From positions 1-32,008 of the forward strand of contig NW_021832148.1 in NCBI RefSeq assembly GCF_006345805.1: a stretch of 32,008 bases of DNA, written 5' to 3'. The translations under genes were made by a program, and so were the position numbers. Origin of the DNA: Octopus sinensis (Eukaryota). The notes below the pieces were generated by a model that saw nothing but the letters and a program-made list of their open reading frames with translations, had not been told where the DNA came from and made no database searches. This document shows, piece by piece, positions 21,940 through 32,008 of this stretch; position 1 is the first letter of the stretch; each line of letters starts with the position of its first letter.

Positions 21940-22483
21940 GAGTGAGAGAGCAGTGCATGCCATCGAAGTGACACTGGTTAAAATATACGAAGCCCAGTAT
22001 ACCCATCATGACTACCCGTCTGATAAGGGTACACTGCGCACATGCATTACAACCATATGTGCACGACATGGTGATTTCATATCAAGATAAACATGATCTT
22101 GCAGGTGGGGCCCAGTTAGAATTATCTTCAGGTCTAGTAGCCCATCTTGCTCAAAAGGTCCTTGAATAAGGGTTGTTTAAGGATGTTGAACGAAACACCC
22201 ATGCTTCCACAGGCGAATTATTCAAACCCCCAAAAAATCCCTCTCAACACATGACTATGATGCTCCCCCACTACTTCTGCTCGTGATCAGAGATGCACAT
22301 ATCGTCAGACACAAAGGGACATGCTCAACTGGTTATGGTCAAACAACTGACAAGCAAATCTGTATAATTGAGCAGAATATTTGCTGTAACACATCTTTTA
22401 TACCAAGACAAAACAATGTACATGATGACACTTCCAATCAGTTAAGATCAGAAGCCATGAGAGCCACTGCCTGGTACTGCATC
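21939..22483 (-). mobile_element. Non-coding interspersed repeat embedded in (ATT)n/(ATC)n arrays; probable non-LTR retroelement 3' end
   Basis: 545 bp of complex sequence bounded by (ATT)n 21892-21938 and (ATC)n(ATT)n 22481-22743. On the minus strand it ends ...CTCTCTCACTC(AAT)n. Recalled as an abundant octopus repeat; the class is inferred. Confidence 0.55.
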
Positions 22484-22502
22484 ATCATCATCATCATCAT
22501 CA

Positions 22503-22533
<31 letters not shown>

Positions 22534-22605
22534 AATTATTATTATTGTTATTGTTATTATTATATTATTATTGTTATATTATTATTATTATTATTATTAT
22601 TATTA

Positions 22606-22636
<31 letters not shown>

Positions 22637-22646
22637 AATATTGTTA

Positions 22647-22678
<32 letters not shown>

Positions 22679-22688
22679 TATATTACTA

Positions 22689-22743
<55 letters not shown>
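22481..22743. repeat. (ATC)n/(ATT)n microsatellite
   Basis: Read directly; source of the 306 aa poly-I/Y/L ORF. Confidence 0.95.
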
Positions 22744-22747
<4 letters not shown>

Positions 22748-22908
22748 TCACTGCTTGGAATCGAACTCAGAATAATAAGAGATGATGGAGGAACAAACAC
22801 AAGCACACAAACACACATATATATATATGTTTGTGTGTACACATATGTATGTATGTATGTATATATGTATGTATGTATGTATGTATATATATATATATAT
22901 ACATATAT

Positions 22909-23177
<269 letters not shown>

Positions 23178-23816
23178 ATGTATATGTACATGCACATAAA
23201 TAAACGTTTAGTATTTTATTCATACTTGATAAATGAATATTTCATTCTTTTATTAATTATAAACTTATGTTAATTTTATTTAATATTCCTCTTTCATCTC
23301 TATTCACTTTATTTTTCGTTTTAATTTTATTTACCCCTTTTTACTTTATCCGTAATCAAACTGTAAACACCTCGTCAGAGCATATAACAATATAAATTAT
23401 AAGCTATAACATTCAGTCTGCTAAAATGAATTCATAAGCACAGATATAACATCTAAATGTACATATTTTTTCCTCTGATGGTATTGTGCTTATGTTACGT
23501 TGATGTAAATTTAATGTTTTATTGAGTATTAATTGAAACGGCTGTAAGTGAAGATGACCAATTTGTTGTTAGTAATAAACAATCATTAACTTCCAATCTC
23601 TATTTTCTCTTTAAATAAATATAAACTACATGCTTTTATATATACTTATAATTTTCAAGAAATTCATTCCCCCAAAATACCTGGTATTGAACCAGTATTT
23701 CCTTGGATGAAACCAACCCTTCAAGAGATGGCTTCATCTAATTAAATATATCCAAGTTTATGGTTTCAGCTAATTAAATATATCCAACTTTATATAAATA
23801 TATGCGTATGTGCGTA

Positions 23817-23859
<43 letters not shown>

Positions 23860-23894
23860 TCTGTGTGTGTGTGTGTGTGTAATAAGCACTCAAA

Positions 23895-24290
23895 CACAAA
23901 GGCGGGGGCGCGTGCTTATTCACGACCTCAAGTAACGATTCATATTCGCTAACACTCGCGAGCTCCCAATAAAACAAATATTAGCTGGCGTTAGTCACCA
24001 CGCGAAACTGATAATAAACTGGAAGTTCAGTAATTTATTTAGGACGTATTTATTAAATCACCATGCAGTTACATTATCAGCTCTCTCGACGAGTGTTTGG
24101 CGATTGGTCTAATCTCAATAGTCACGTTTTGTTTTATCCGAAACCATTAGATTATGTTGGATTATCGCGAATTTTGATGCTGAACAAACATGCAAACCAA
24201 AAGATTCAAAAATTCCCAAATATGTAGTTAAACTTCAACTGAGAAGCAATCATTCCCGCCTCCTCTCCCGTTTTCTATCTCTCCGCATCT
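23895..24290. promoter_or_regulatory. CpG-enriched non-repetitive island with GC box and CCAAT motifs
   Basis: GGCGGGGGCGCG at about 23901, CCAAT at about 23966, ATTGG at about 24103, many CpGs against an AT-rich background. Function inferred only. Confidence 0.25.
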
Positions 24291-24416
24291 TTGTATTTCT
24301 TCTCTCCCTCACTCTTCCTCTCTCTTTCTCTCTCTCCGTTCACTCCCCCTTTAACATACACATATGTATGTATATACTTCTACACATATACACATACATA
24401 TGTATATTTTTTTTTC

Positions 24417-24639
24417 ATTCTTTTTCTTGCTTCGGTCATATTACTGCGGCCATGCTGGAGCACCGCCCTTAGTCGAACAGATCGTCCCCGGGACTTATTC
24501 TTTGTAAGCCTAGTACTTATTCTATCGAGCTCTTTTGCCGAATGCCCTCGTTACGGAGACATAAACACACCAACATCGGTTGCCAACCGATGGTAGGGGG
24601 ACAATCACGGTCACGCAAACACACACACCCACACACACG

Positions 24640-24715
<76 letters not shown>

Positions 24716-24873
24716 CGTCGGGCTTCTTTTATTTTCCGTCTACCAAATCCACTTTCAAGTCTTTCGTTGGCTCGAGGCTGTAGTAGAAGATACTTACCCA
24801 AGATACCACGCTGTAGGACTGACTCCAGAACCATGTGGTTAGGAAAGAAGCTTCTTACCACACAGCCGCGCTC
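24417..24873 (-). mobile_element. Family A SINE, full length, with expanded internal (CA)n
   Basis: Colinear reverse complement of 3561-3935. Confidence 0.9.
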
Positions 24874-24902
24874 AGTGTGTATGTGTGTGTAAATATATAT
24901 AG

Positions 24903-24942
<40 letters not shown>

Positions 24943-25053
24943 TAGATAGATAGATAGATATAGATAGATAATAACAATATGTATATGTATGTAAATGCAC
25001 GTATATCTATTCACATATTGATATATTTGTGTGTGTGTGCATGAATATGTATG

Positions 25054-25101
<48 letters not shown>

Positions 25102-25587
25102 GTATATATATAATATACGCATATACATATATATATATACATTTGTGTGTGCATGCGCAATCGTGGAGAGTGAGTGTGTGAGAGAGAGAGAGAGAGAGAG
25201 AGGGAGTAGTGTAAAGTGTAGATTCCTGTTATACAATGAGTTAACTTTTTTATATTTGCATTAACATAATTATATGACGATGTGCATAGGTATAATGTAA
25301 TCTTGCAAACGGAATTTAATAATATTACATGAAGTTTACGAAATCTCTTCTTATCATATCATCGTAACATCTCATAGTACCGGAGGGTATGCATTGTATA
25401 TGTGTATGTATTATATATATATATAATATATATTATATATATATATATATTAATATATATATATATAAGTATATATATATATATATAATATAATATATAT
25501 ATACATATAATATATATTATAATATACATATGTGCATACATACATATATATATAAATTGCAAAATAAATCTCAATATACATATATGC

Positions 25588-25633
<46 letters not shown>

Positions 25634-25735
25634 CAACAATTGAGGGTAAATTTAATTAATTTTAATCAATTTCACCAAGTATTCAGTATGTAAAGTACCA
25701 TTTTAGGCGAATTCAAATATTACAATATATATAAG

Positions 25736-25987
25736 GGCTTAGTAAAATAAATTACTTTGCCACATACTGAACTCATTAGAAATAGCAGCTAAAGAAATTT
25801 CTTTAGCTATTTGTAATACTTAAAGAAATCTCTCTCATATAGTGTTTGCTCAAATCAACTCGTGGTTTGATTTGAGCAAACACTATCGAGAGGAGATCTT
25901 CTTTAAGTATTACAATAGCTAAAGAAATTTCTTTAGCTGCTATTTCTAATGAGTTCAGTATGTGGCAAGTATTTATTTTACTAAGCC
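25736..25987. mobile_element. Foldback element (about 120 bp near-perfect inverted arms)
   Basis: GGCTTAGTAAAATAAAT...GTTTGCTCAAATCAA mirrored by TTGATTTGAGCAAAC...ATTTATTTTACTAAGCC; each arm contains the palindrome AGCTAAAGAAATTTCTTTAGCT. Confidence 0.85.
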
Positions 25988-26108
25988 ATATATATAGTCA
26001 TATATATATATATACTATATATATATACATGTATTGATATATATTACATGTATATTATATATACATATATATATACATATAATATACATATTAATATATA
26101 TATAGATA

Positions 26109-26151
<43 letters not shown>

Positions 26152-27189
26152 TATATATATATATGCATATATATATATAGAGAGAGAGATCACATAAACA
26201 TATATATAAGTAAATACAAATGCTGATGCCATGACAAGGAAGCAATGGTGAATCGGATCTTTGATTGTACATTTGATATGTTATTTGCATATCCACGCTA
26301 TCCTACGTACACTTGATGTTTTCAATGTTCATATTTATTTCTCAGCTTGCTCTATGGCATGCCGCCTAGCCATTTATGGCGTCTTACATACAGATTGACG
26401 TGCCTTGATACTTTAGAATCCTCATAACTAAATTATAAATATGCACACATACGTACACAGACACACACACAGATATATATATATAAATTAATATATACAT
26501 ATGTATGTATATATGGATGGATGGAAAAAATCTTTGATTCTAATTCGTTGGCACTCCGAGTTTCAAGCGTGATGCTAGTCTTCAACCATCTTAAATGAAA
26601 GAAGTTTTTTGTTATTCCCATAAGGTGAATTGTGATTGATCGAGGAAGGTCACGTTGTGTTTTGGTTTGATGTTGGTATATCGGTATATCAGTATCTCAG
26701 CATATCAACGACAACAGTTAGTCAGAAAATACTGCTTGATGAACAGGAAATCAACCGCGTGGTGGACAGGAAATCGAATGCGGGGTGGACAGGAAATTCG
26801 TCGAGTTGTTGGAGGAAAGGCGGTATGAGCAAATATATAGTTATATATGTGGGTATGTAAACGTGCTCATATGGTTTTGCGTGCATATCTGTATTGATCC
26901 GAGCGTGCGTATCTGTACATGGGAGCACACGCGCACGCCCATGCGTACACTCACATACGCAAATATATGAACGGGCATGCGCGCGCGTCAAACACATACA
27001 CACACATAGGCTTACACACACATGCATACACATGTACGCACACATATACATGCGTATTCATTTATATGTACATATGTATATATGTATGCATGCATGTACG
27101 CATGCGAATTAGTGTGTGCGCACACACGCATCTGCGTGAACATGCGTACTCTTACGCACGCATGCATGAGTATCCATGCGCATAACAAG

Positions 27190-28200
27190 TGTTGGGGACT
27201 GGTAAGCGTTGGGAATTGGTGAGCATTGGGGATTGCTCGTGGGGTTGGTTGGTACGATAACCTTAGTGCGGGAGGGGCAGAGCAGCAGGTGGTAAATTCG
27301 GGTTGTCGGGAGTCAGAAACCTGAAATTTACCAGAAGGTTAGACACTGGGGACATCATTAAGTCGCATTTCTTGTTTATAGACACTGTGGGTTGTTGAAG
27401 GATATGCAGTTTTTCAGAGGGACAGAGCTGGCAGTAGTGGGGAGTCATGTGATTATGGTTCCGCTCTGTCGACAATTGTCCACTTAATGCTGGGTGTTTG
27501 GTCTCGGAGGTCGCAGAGTCTCCAGAGAAAAAGAAACAGAGAAGCAGTATTCTCTCTGTCCCTGGATCTGAACGACTGCATATGCTGTGAGTAAGAATGG
27601 AGTAAGGGTGGATTTGTATACTACGGCCCTTGAGAAGCTGGATCCTTCTAGAGGGTACATGGTGGAATTTCGGCAGTTTCAGGTTGGGGTTCGGGTGGTG
27701 CAGGTGCAGTTTTACGCCTGTTGATGCGTGCGATGTTTTCTAAGCAGGAGTAGCTCACCTTGACATTATGGGGGTTGAAGAGTTTGAAATACTTGTGGCC
27801 TCTAGGGAAGTGCTTCTTAAATAACGTTGGTGGAAATTTCTAGATTCAAAGGGGTTTATACCATTTAATTTCCTTTTCGTAATCCTTTTGGGGTGAGGAG
27901 AGTGTGTTTGGGGGTTGTCCACATACGTGAAATTCACAGAAAAATCGCTCCTGGCTAAAGCATCGTTGTAGTGGGGGCGGCCATGTAAAGATCTACTGGC
28001 CGAGATATTACACAGTCGTTTGCTAATGCCTGGAACCAGGTTTCTAATTACAGCTTTGGAGGAAGGTTTGAGCTGTTGTGGATGTATAATCTTTCCACGT
28101 TAGAGTTACGTCCAATGCCTAACAGTTGTGGGTGTTTGAACATCTTCACTGCTACGATCCCCAAGTGACCAGGATGAAAAAGGCAGTAGTCAAGCATTGA
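27190..28200 (-). mobile_element. Penelope-like retroelement remnant (RT C-terminus, linker and GIY-YIG region, decayed)
   Basis: Frame-broken translations YIHNSSNLPP / VIRNLVPGISKRLCNIS / HYNDALARS / KKHFPRGHKYFKLFNPHNVKVSYSCLENIARIN / IKWTIVDRAEP / CQLCPSEKLHIL match conserved Penelope-family motifs (SNHPP, NNVKVSYSC, CxLCxxEK). Confidence 0.88.
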
Positions 28201-28385
28201 AGCACTTATTTGTCACAACATATTTTTGCTCTACAATTAAGCCATGTATAATCTCCTTTGTCTCAGAGGTGAGATTATTAAGCACATTTTACTTACTGTT
28301 TTATGTGAATATATATATGTGTGTGTGAGACAGCGTGGGTAGTGTGAGCATGTATGCATGCGCGCGCTGATGTGTGCGTGCGCGC

Positions 28386-28420
<35 letters not shown>

Positions 28421-28583
28421 CGTATTATTCGTTAGAAATAAGAATAGAAATAGAGGAAGCTTTGTTTTGTCTAACTAGTATTCGTCTGACATCACAGTGA
28501 GTAGAACCGTTGGTTTGAGGCAATGCCAATTATATGCACACGGACACGCATATACAGATGTGTGTGTATATGCACACACACAT

Positions 28584-28624
<41 letters not shown>

Positions 28625-29402
28625 TATTTGTATATGTATGTTTGTATGTATATATATATATGTGTGTGTGTATGCATATATATGTACATATATATACACA
28701 TGTGTGTACATATTTGTTTGTATATACATATATGTGTGTGTGTATGTATGTATATATAAGCACTCAGAGCACGTACACACACGTACACATTCAAAATACG
28801 TGTGCACGTGTCTGTATGTGCTTGTGTGTAAACGTGCACTTCTGTGTGACTGTGTTTGTGAATGTGAGTATGAGTGTGTTCCTCTCACTTACTTTTTCTC
28901 TTCTTCTACCTCTCTTTCTATCTATCTCTCTATCTCTCCCGACCCCCACCTCTGCATTATAAAAACCAATCATATAGAGGTATTGCTATTTTAGGAAAAT
29001 GTGATGCTAACATAAATATTGTTCCCTTCGTAAACGTCACGTCGTTAGAATTATATTTACAGAGAAACATCCAATCAGGCAATAGCTGACTTTCACTACG
29101 TGACTGGTTCATTAGGTCCAAACATGAACACAACTAATGAAACAGCTATATAATTCACTTGCATAATACCAGAAAAATATAATATATTCTAAATGAAATA
29201 CCTTACAGCTGTTCTTATACAGCGAAGCTCTAGGCAGGGTTGATTGCGTCTACCGTCTTGTTACGACTTATGCTTTCCTTGCTGACTTAACGCTAAGGTA
29301 ACCATGATCGAACAGGTCTCGAAGGAAAGACATTCTAACCGTGGCTATCCCCTCTGTTTTTGAGACTACCATTGCTCTTTGAAAATTATATTTATTAATA
29401 GT

Positions 29403-29720
29403 AATTCTTTCTAGTATAGGCACAAGGCCTGAAATTTTGGAGGAGGGGAAAGTCGATTAAATCAACCCCAGTACTCAACTGGTACTTATTTTATCGACGC
29501 TGAAAGGATGAAAAGTAACGTGACCTCAACGTAATTTTACTTTGCCTTTCATCCTTTCGGAGGTCAATAAAATAAATAATAAGGGCAGTAATTCTTTCTA
29601 CTCCAGTTACAAGGCCCGAAATGTTGGCGGAGAAGGTTAGTCGATAACATCGACCGCAGTATTTAAGTGATACTTATTTCCTCGGCCGCAAATTGATGAA
29701 AGGGAAAATCAACCTTTCAG
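29403..29720 (-). mobile_element. Cluster of family B SINE fragments (two minus-strand 3' halves and a short plus-strand piece at 29538-29577)
   Basis: GGCACAAGGCCTGAAATTTTGG...GGTACTTATTTTATCGAC...AAAGGATGAAA, repeated. Confidence 0.8.
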
Positions 29721-29887
29721 AGTGTCGATTAAATAAATCTCCTTGTTTTTTCTGTGTCCCTTTCTGTAGAAGAGCGTAGGCTCGAAACGTAAAAGACTTT
29801 TTCTATTCCTGAGCGCTATACTAATACATCTGTTGGTTTTGTACACCACCTGTCTTCGTCTTTTGTTGTTTTCGTAAACTCTCCCTA
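29716..29887 (+). mobile_element. Second copy of the Penelope-type terminal repeat with a hammerhead-like fold (29760-29795)
   Basis: CTTT-CTGTAGA-A-GAGC GTAG GCTC-GAAA-C-GT-A-AAAG; shared flank with 12760-12958. Confidence 0.65.
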
Positions 29888-30589
29888 ACAATGATAAAAC
29901 TTATTCGTGGAAGCCTAATATTTGTTATCGTTGATAAGTATGAGTGATTGACTCATAAGTATTGAATGTAATCGTGATTCGAAGCTTTGTCACCAATAAA
30001 AGTTCCATCCAGTTTTTATCACTTGCCAAAGACCTTCAAGTGCAAAGATTAACATCGTTAAATGGATAATGATTATGTGTATAACTATATTTGTTAGTCT
30101 TTATTGTTTAATCAAAGGTCTTCTCAGATGAAGCGGATCTATGATTAAAGATATTACACCATTTCCGTATCTTTTTTTATGATATTCGCTTTGTTCTTTT
30201 TTTAAGAAGACTTAGCTGTTATTTCTAGGAGGTGGAGCAACCACGTCGAGGTTCCTTCTTTGCCTCGTGTAGTATAAGGCGTATTGTTTTTGTTTTTTTC
30301 TTTTCAGGCTTAATCACGAGAAAGGTAACCGCATATAATCTTTCATGGGGTCTCCGAGTAGAGTTGGAACGAGAAACGGAATAAGGTATTCTGAATTCTG
30401 AAACTGGCAAGCTGGTGCAAATCCTTACAACAGTTTGGACGCTAGCATTAAAGGACCAAGTTTGGACACTAGCATTCAAGGACCAATTTGGCAGTGATAA
30501 TCATCGTGTCCCATTAAGTCTGCTGACTCGGTAGGCCACGGTAGGATATGAAATCAGAATGCATAGATTCTGTAATTCCATGACCCTTA

Positions 30590-30732
30590 ACTGGAACTTG
30601 ATTTATCAAACTGGGAAGAGCAAAAGACGAAACTGACTTTGGCGGGATTGGAACTCAGAATACGGCGAGCTTCAAAATATACTGAAATGCACTTTGTTCA
30701 ATACTCCAACGAATCTGCATATTCACCGCTTG
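30590..30732 (-). mobile_element. Highly diverged family B SINE
   Basis: Residual ...GGCGGGATTGGAACTCAGAA... and terminal TTCACCGC. Confidence 0.5.
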
Positions 30733-31493
30733 TATGTACCCTATGTAGCTCACTACCCTTGCGTATTCTGATCACAGATACTCGTATAAAGGAAACAAAA
30801 AATAAAGTACATTCAGTGGTAGACCAACCAGCATCTCTCATCAATAATTTAACTGCTGAGATGAGCTCACAAATACTTTTGGAAAAGTAATTTAAATAAC
30901 ATTAAAAGTAAACGAGAAAGAAGCAACGATATGGGTTTCAGAAGTAAAAGCAGAATTAAATATAGAAGACTGCACGAGTTAACAAATGTGCATCTAAGCG
31001 GGACATATGGTCTGTTGGAAATAGCAGTCAAATGTCCCGCAACCTTCATAGAAAATAAGGAAGAGCAGATTAATAATTCTGTCTGAAATACACTCGATGA
31101 ATAGCCTACTCGATACCCCCGATTGATGCTGGAAGGATGGAAAGCCCAGTTGACCGAAGCAAACTTCGAACACAGAACGTAAAAAAACAAAATGTTGGAG
31201 AAATTACGTCAAGGTATGTTGTCCGCCATTGTGACGGTTTTGCCAATCCCATTTTATAACGAAATAAGCTTAAAGATGTAAGATTTAAGAAAACCTTTTT
31301 CTCCATTGCTTGACGAGCACTCATTTCATGGCGAAAAGCAATGTTGAACACGTACACAATGAGTCGTGTGCTTGTATTGAGCTCAACTCTCCCACACCTG
31401 CCAGAACGGTCCTTTGTCTAATGAGAATTCTAACATAAAGTCAAAAACAGTATTTACATTTGACGGATATTTGTGCTCATCGTGTTTAGTGTT

Positions 31494-31539
31494 AACACAA
31501 CGTTTCGGCTGATATACCCTCCAGCCTTCATCAGGTGTC
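31494..31539 (-). ncRNA. Minimal type I hammerhead ribozyme fold in a Penelope-type terminal repeat (repeat about 31440-31575)
   Basis: Minus strand GACAC-CTGATGA-A-GGCTG GAGGGTATAT CAGCC-GAAA-C-GT-T-GTGTT: intact core, 5 bp stem I, 5 bp stem II, palindromic ACGU stem III, GUU triplet. Confidence 0.75.
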
Positions 31540-31829
31540 TTGGGGAAATTTCGATCCTGGGTTCCCATTCTTTTAAATATAGAACTTTAAACACAAAAAC
31601 TCAAAAAGAAACTGTCGAGAGGTATCTTCTTCATGATAAATACATAATTAAGTGACAGCTTGTTCACATATTTCAAATTGTAATCAAACACCGAAAAGAT
31701 GTTGATTAAATAAAATTATTCTTATAGTGAAGAGTTTAATATTCATGTGCACACGTTCATCCATACACATGAGTTTATACAACACACACACACACACACA
31801 ACACACACACACACACATAAATATATATA

Positions 31830-31874
<45 letters not shown>

Positions 31875-31884
31875 ATATAGTTTA

Positions 31885-32008
31885 TATATAAAAAACTGAG
31901 ATGTGTGTCTGTCTGTCTGTCTGTGTGTTTCCCTAAAACTTGAGAACCACACAACCAATTTCATTCAAATTTTACACATGCCTTACTTAGGGTCAGGGGA
32001 GTGGCATC
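31885..32008 (+). mobile_element. End of a HINE/DINE-1-like (Helentron-associated) non-autonomous element, truncated by the window edge
   Basis: TATATAAAAAACTGAGATG followed by a (GTCT)n tract and ...AACCAATTTCATTCAAATTTTACACA; this architecture is typical of HINEs. Confidence 0.5.

Noticed and set aside
23590-23745. PVFPWMK, resembling a Hox/ParaHox hexapeptide
   Set aside because: No ATG, AT-rich upstream frame, a stop 11 codons later with no donor, and no homeobox in the window; probably chance.

Overview
AT-rich, microsatellite-saturated eukaryotic genomic DNA, most likely from an octopus (inferred from recognition of the SINE families and the repeat landscape, not from a search). Almost all ORFs in the supplied track are artefacts of microsatellites or SINEs. 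The only recognisable protein homologies are transposon relics: a mariner (Tc1/mariner DDE) element at 13574-15393, which is interrupted by a SINE and rearranged by an inversion with a ~318 bp inverted duplication, and a decayed Penelope-like retroelement at about 27190-28200 (-). The window also holds more than 15 tRNA-derived SINE copies in three families, a pogo/Tc2-type MITE, two long foldback elements, a HINE/DINE-1-like end and several short hairpins. Four minimal type I hammerhead-ribozyme folds sit in Penelope-type terminal repeats: two have an intact catalytic core (6322-6357 +, 31494-31539 -) and two share an A6U core substitution (12822-12859 +, 29760-29795 +). No host gene can be named. 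Candidate spliced exons (4161-4401 -, 15674-15700 -, 16561-16609 -, 21097-21194 -, 30308-30324 +) and regulatory motif clusters (ETS at about 4450, K50/P3 homeodomain sites at about 17100-17375) are reported with low confidence.
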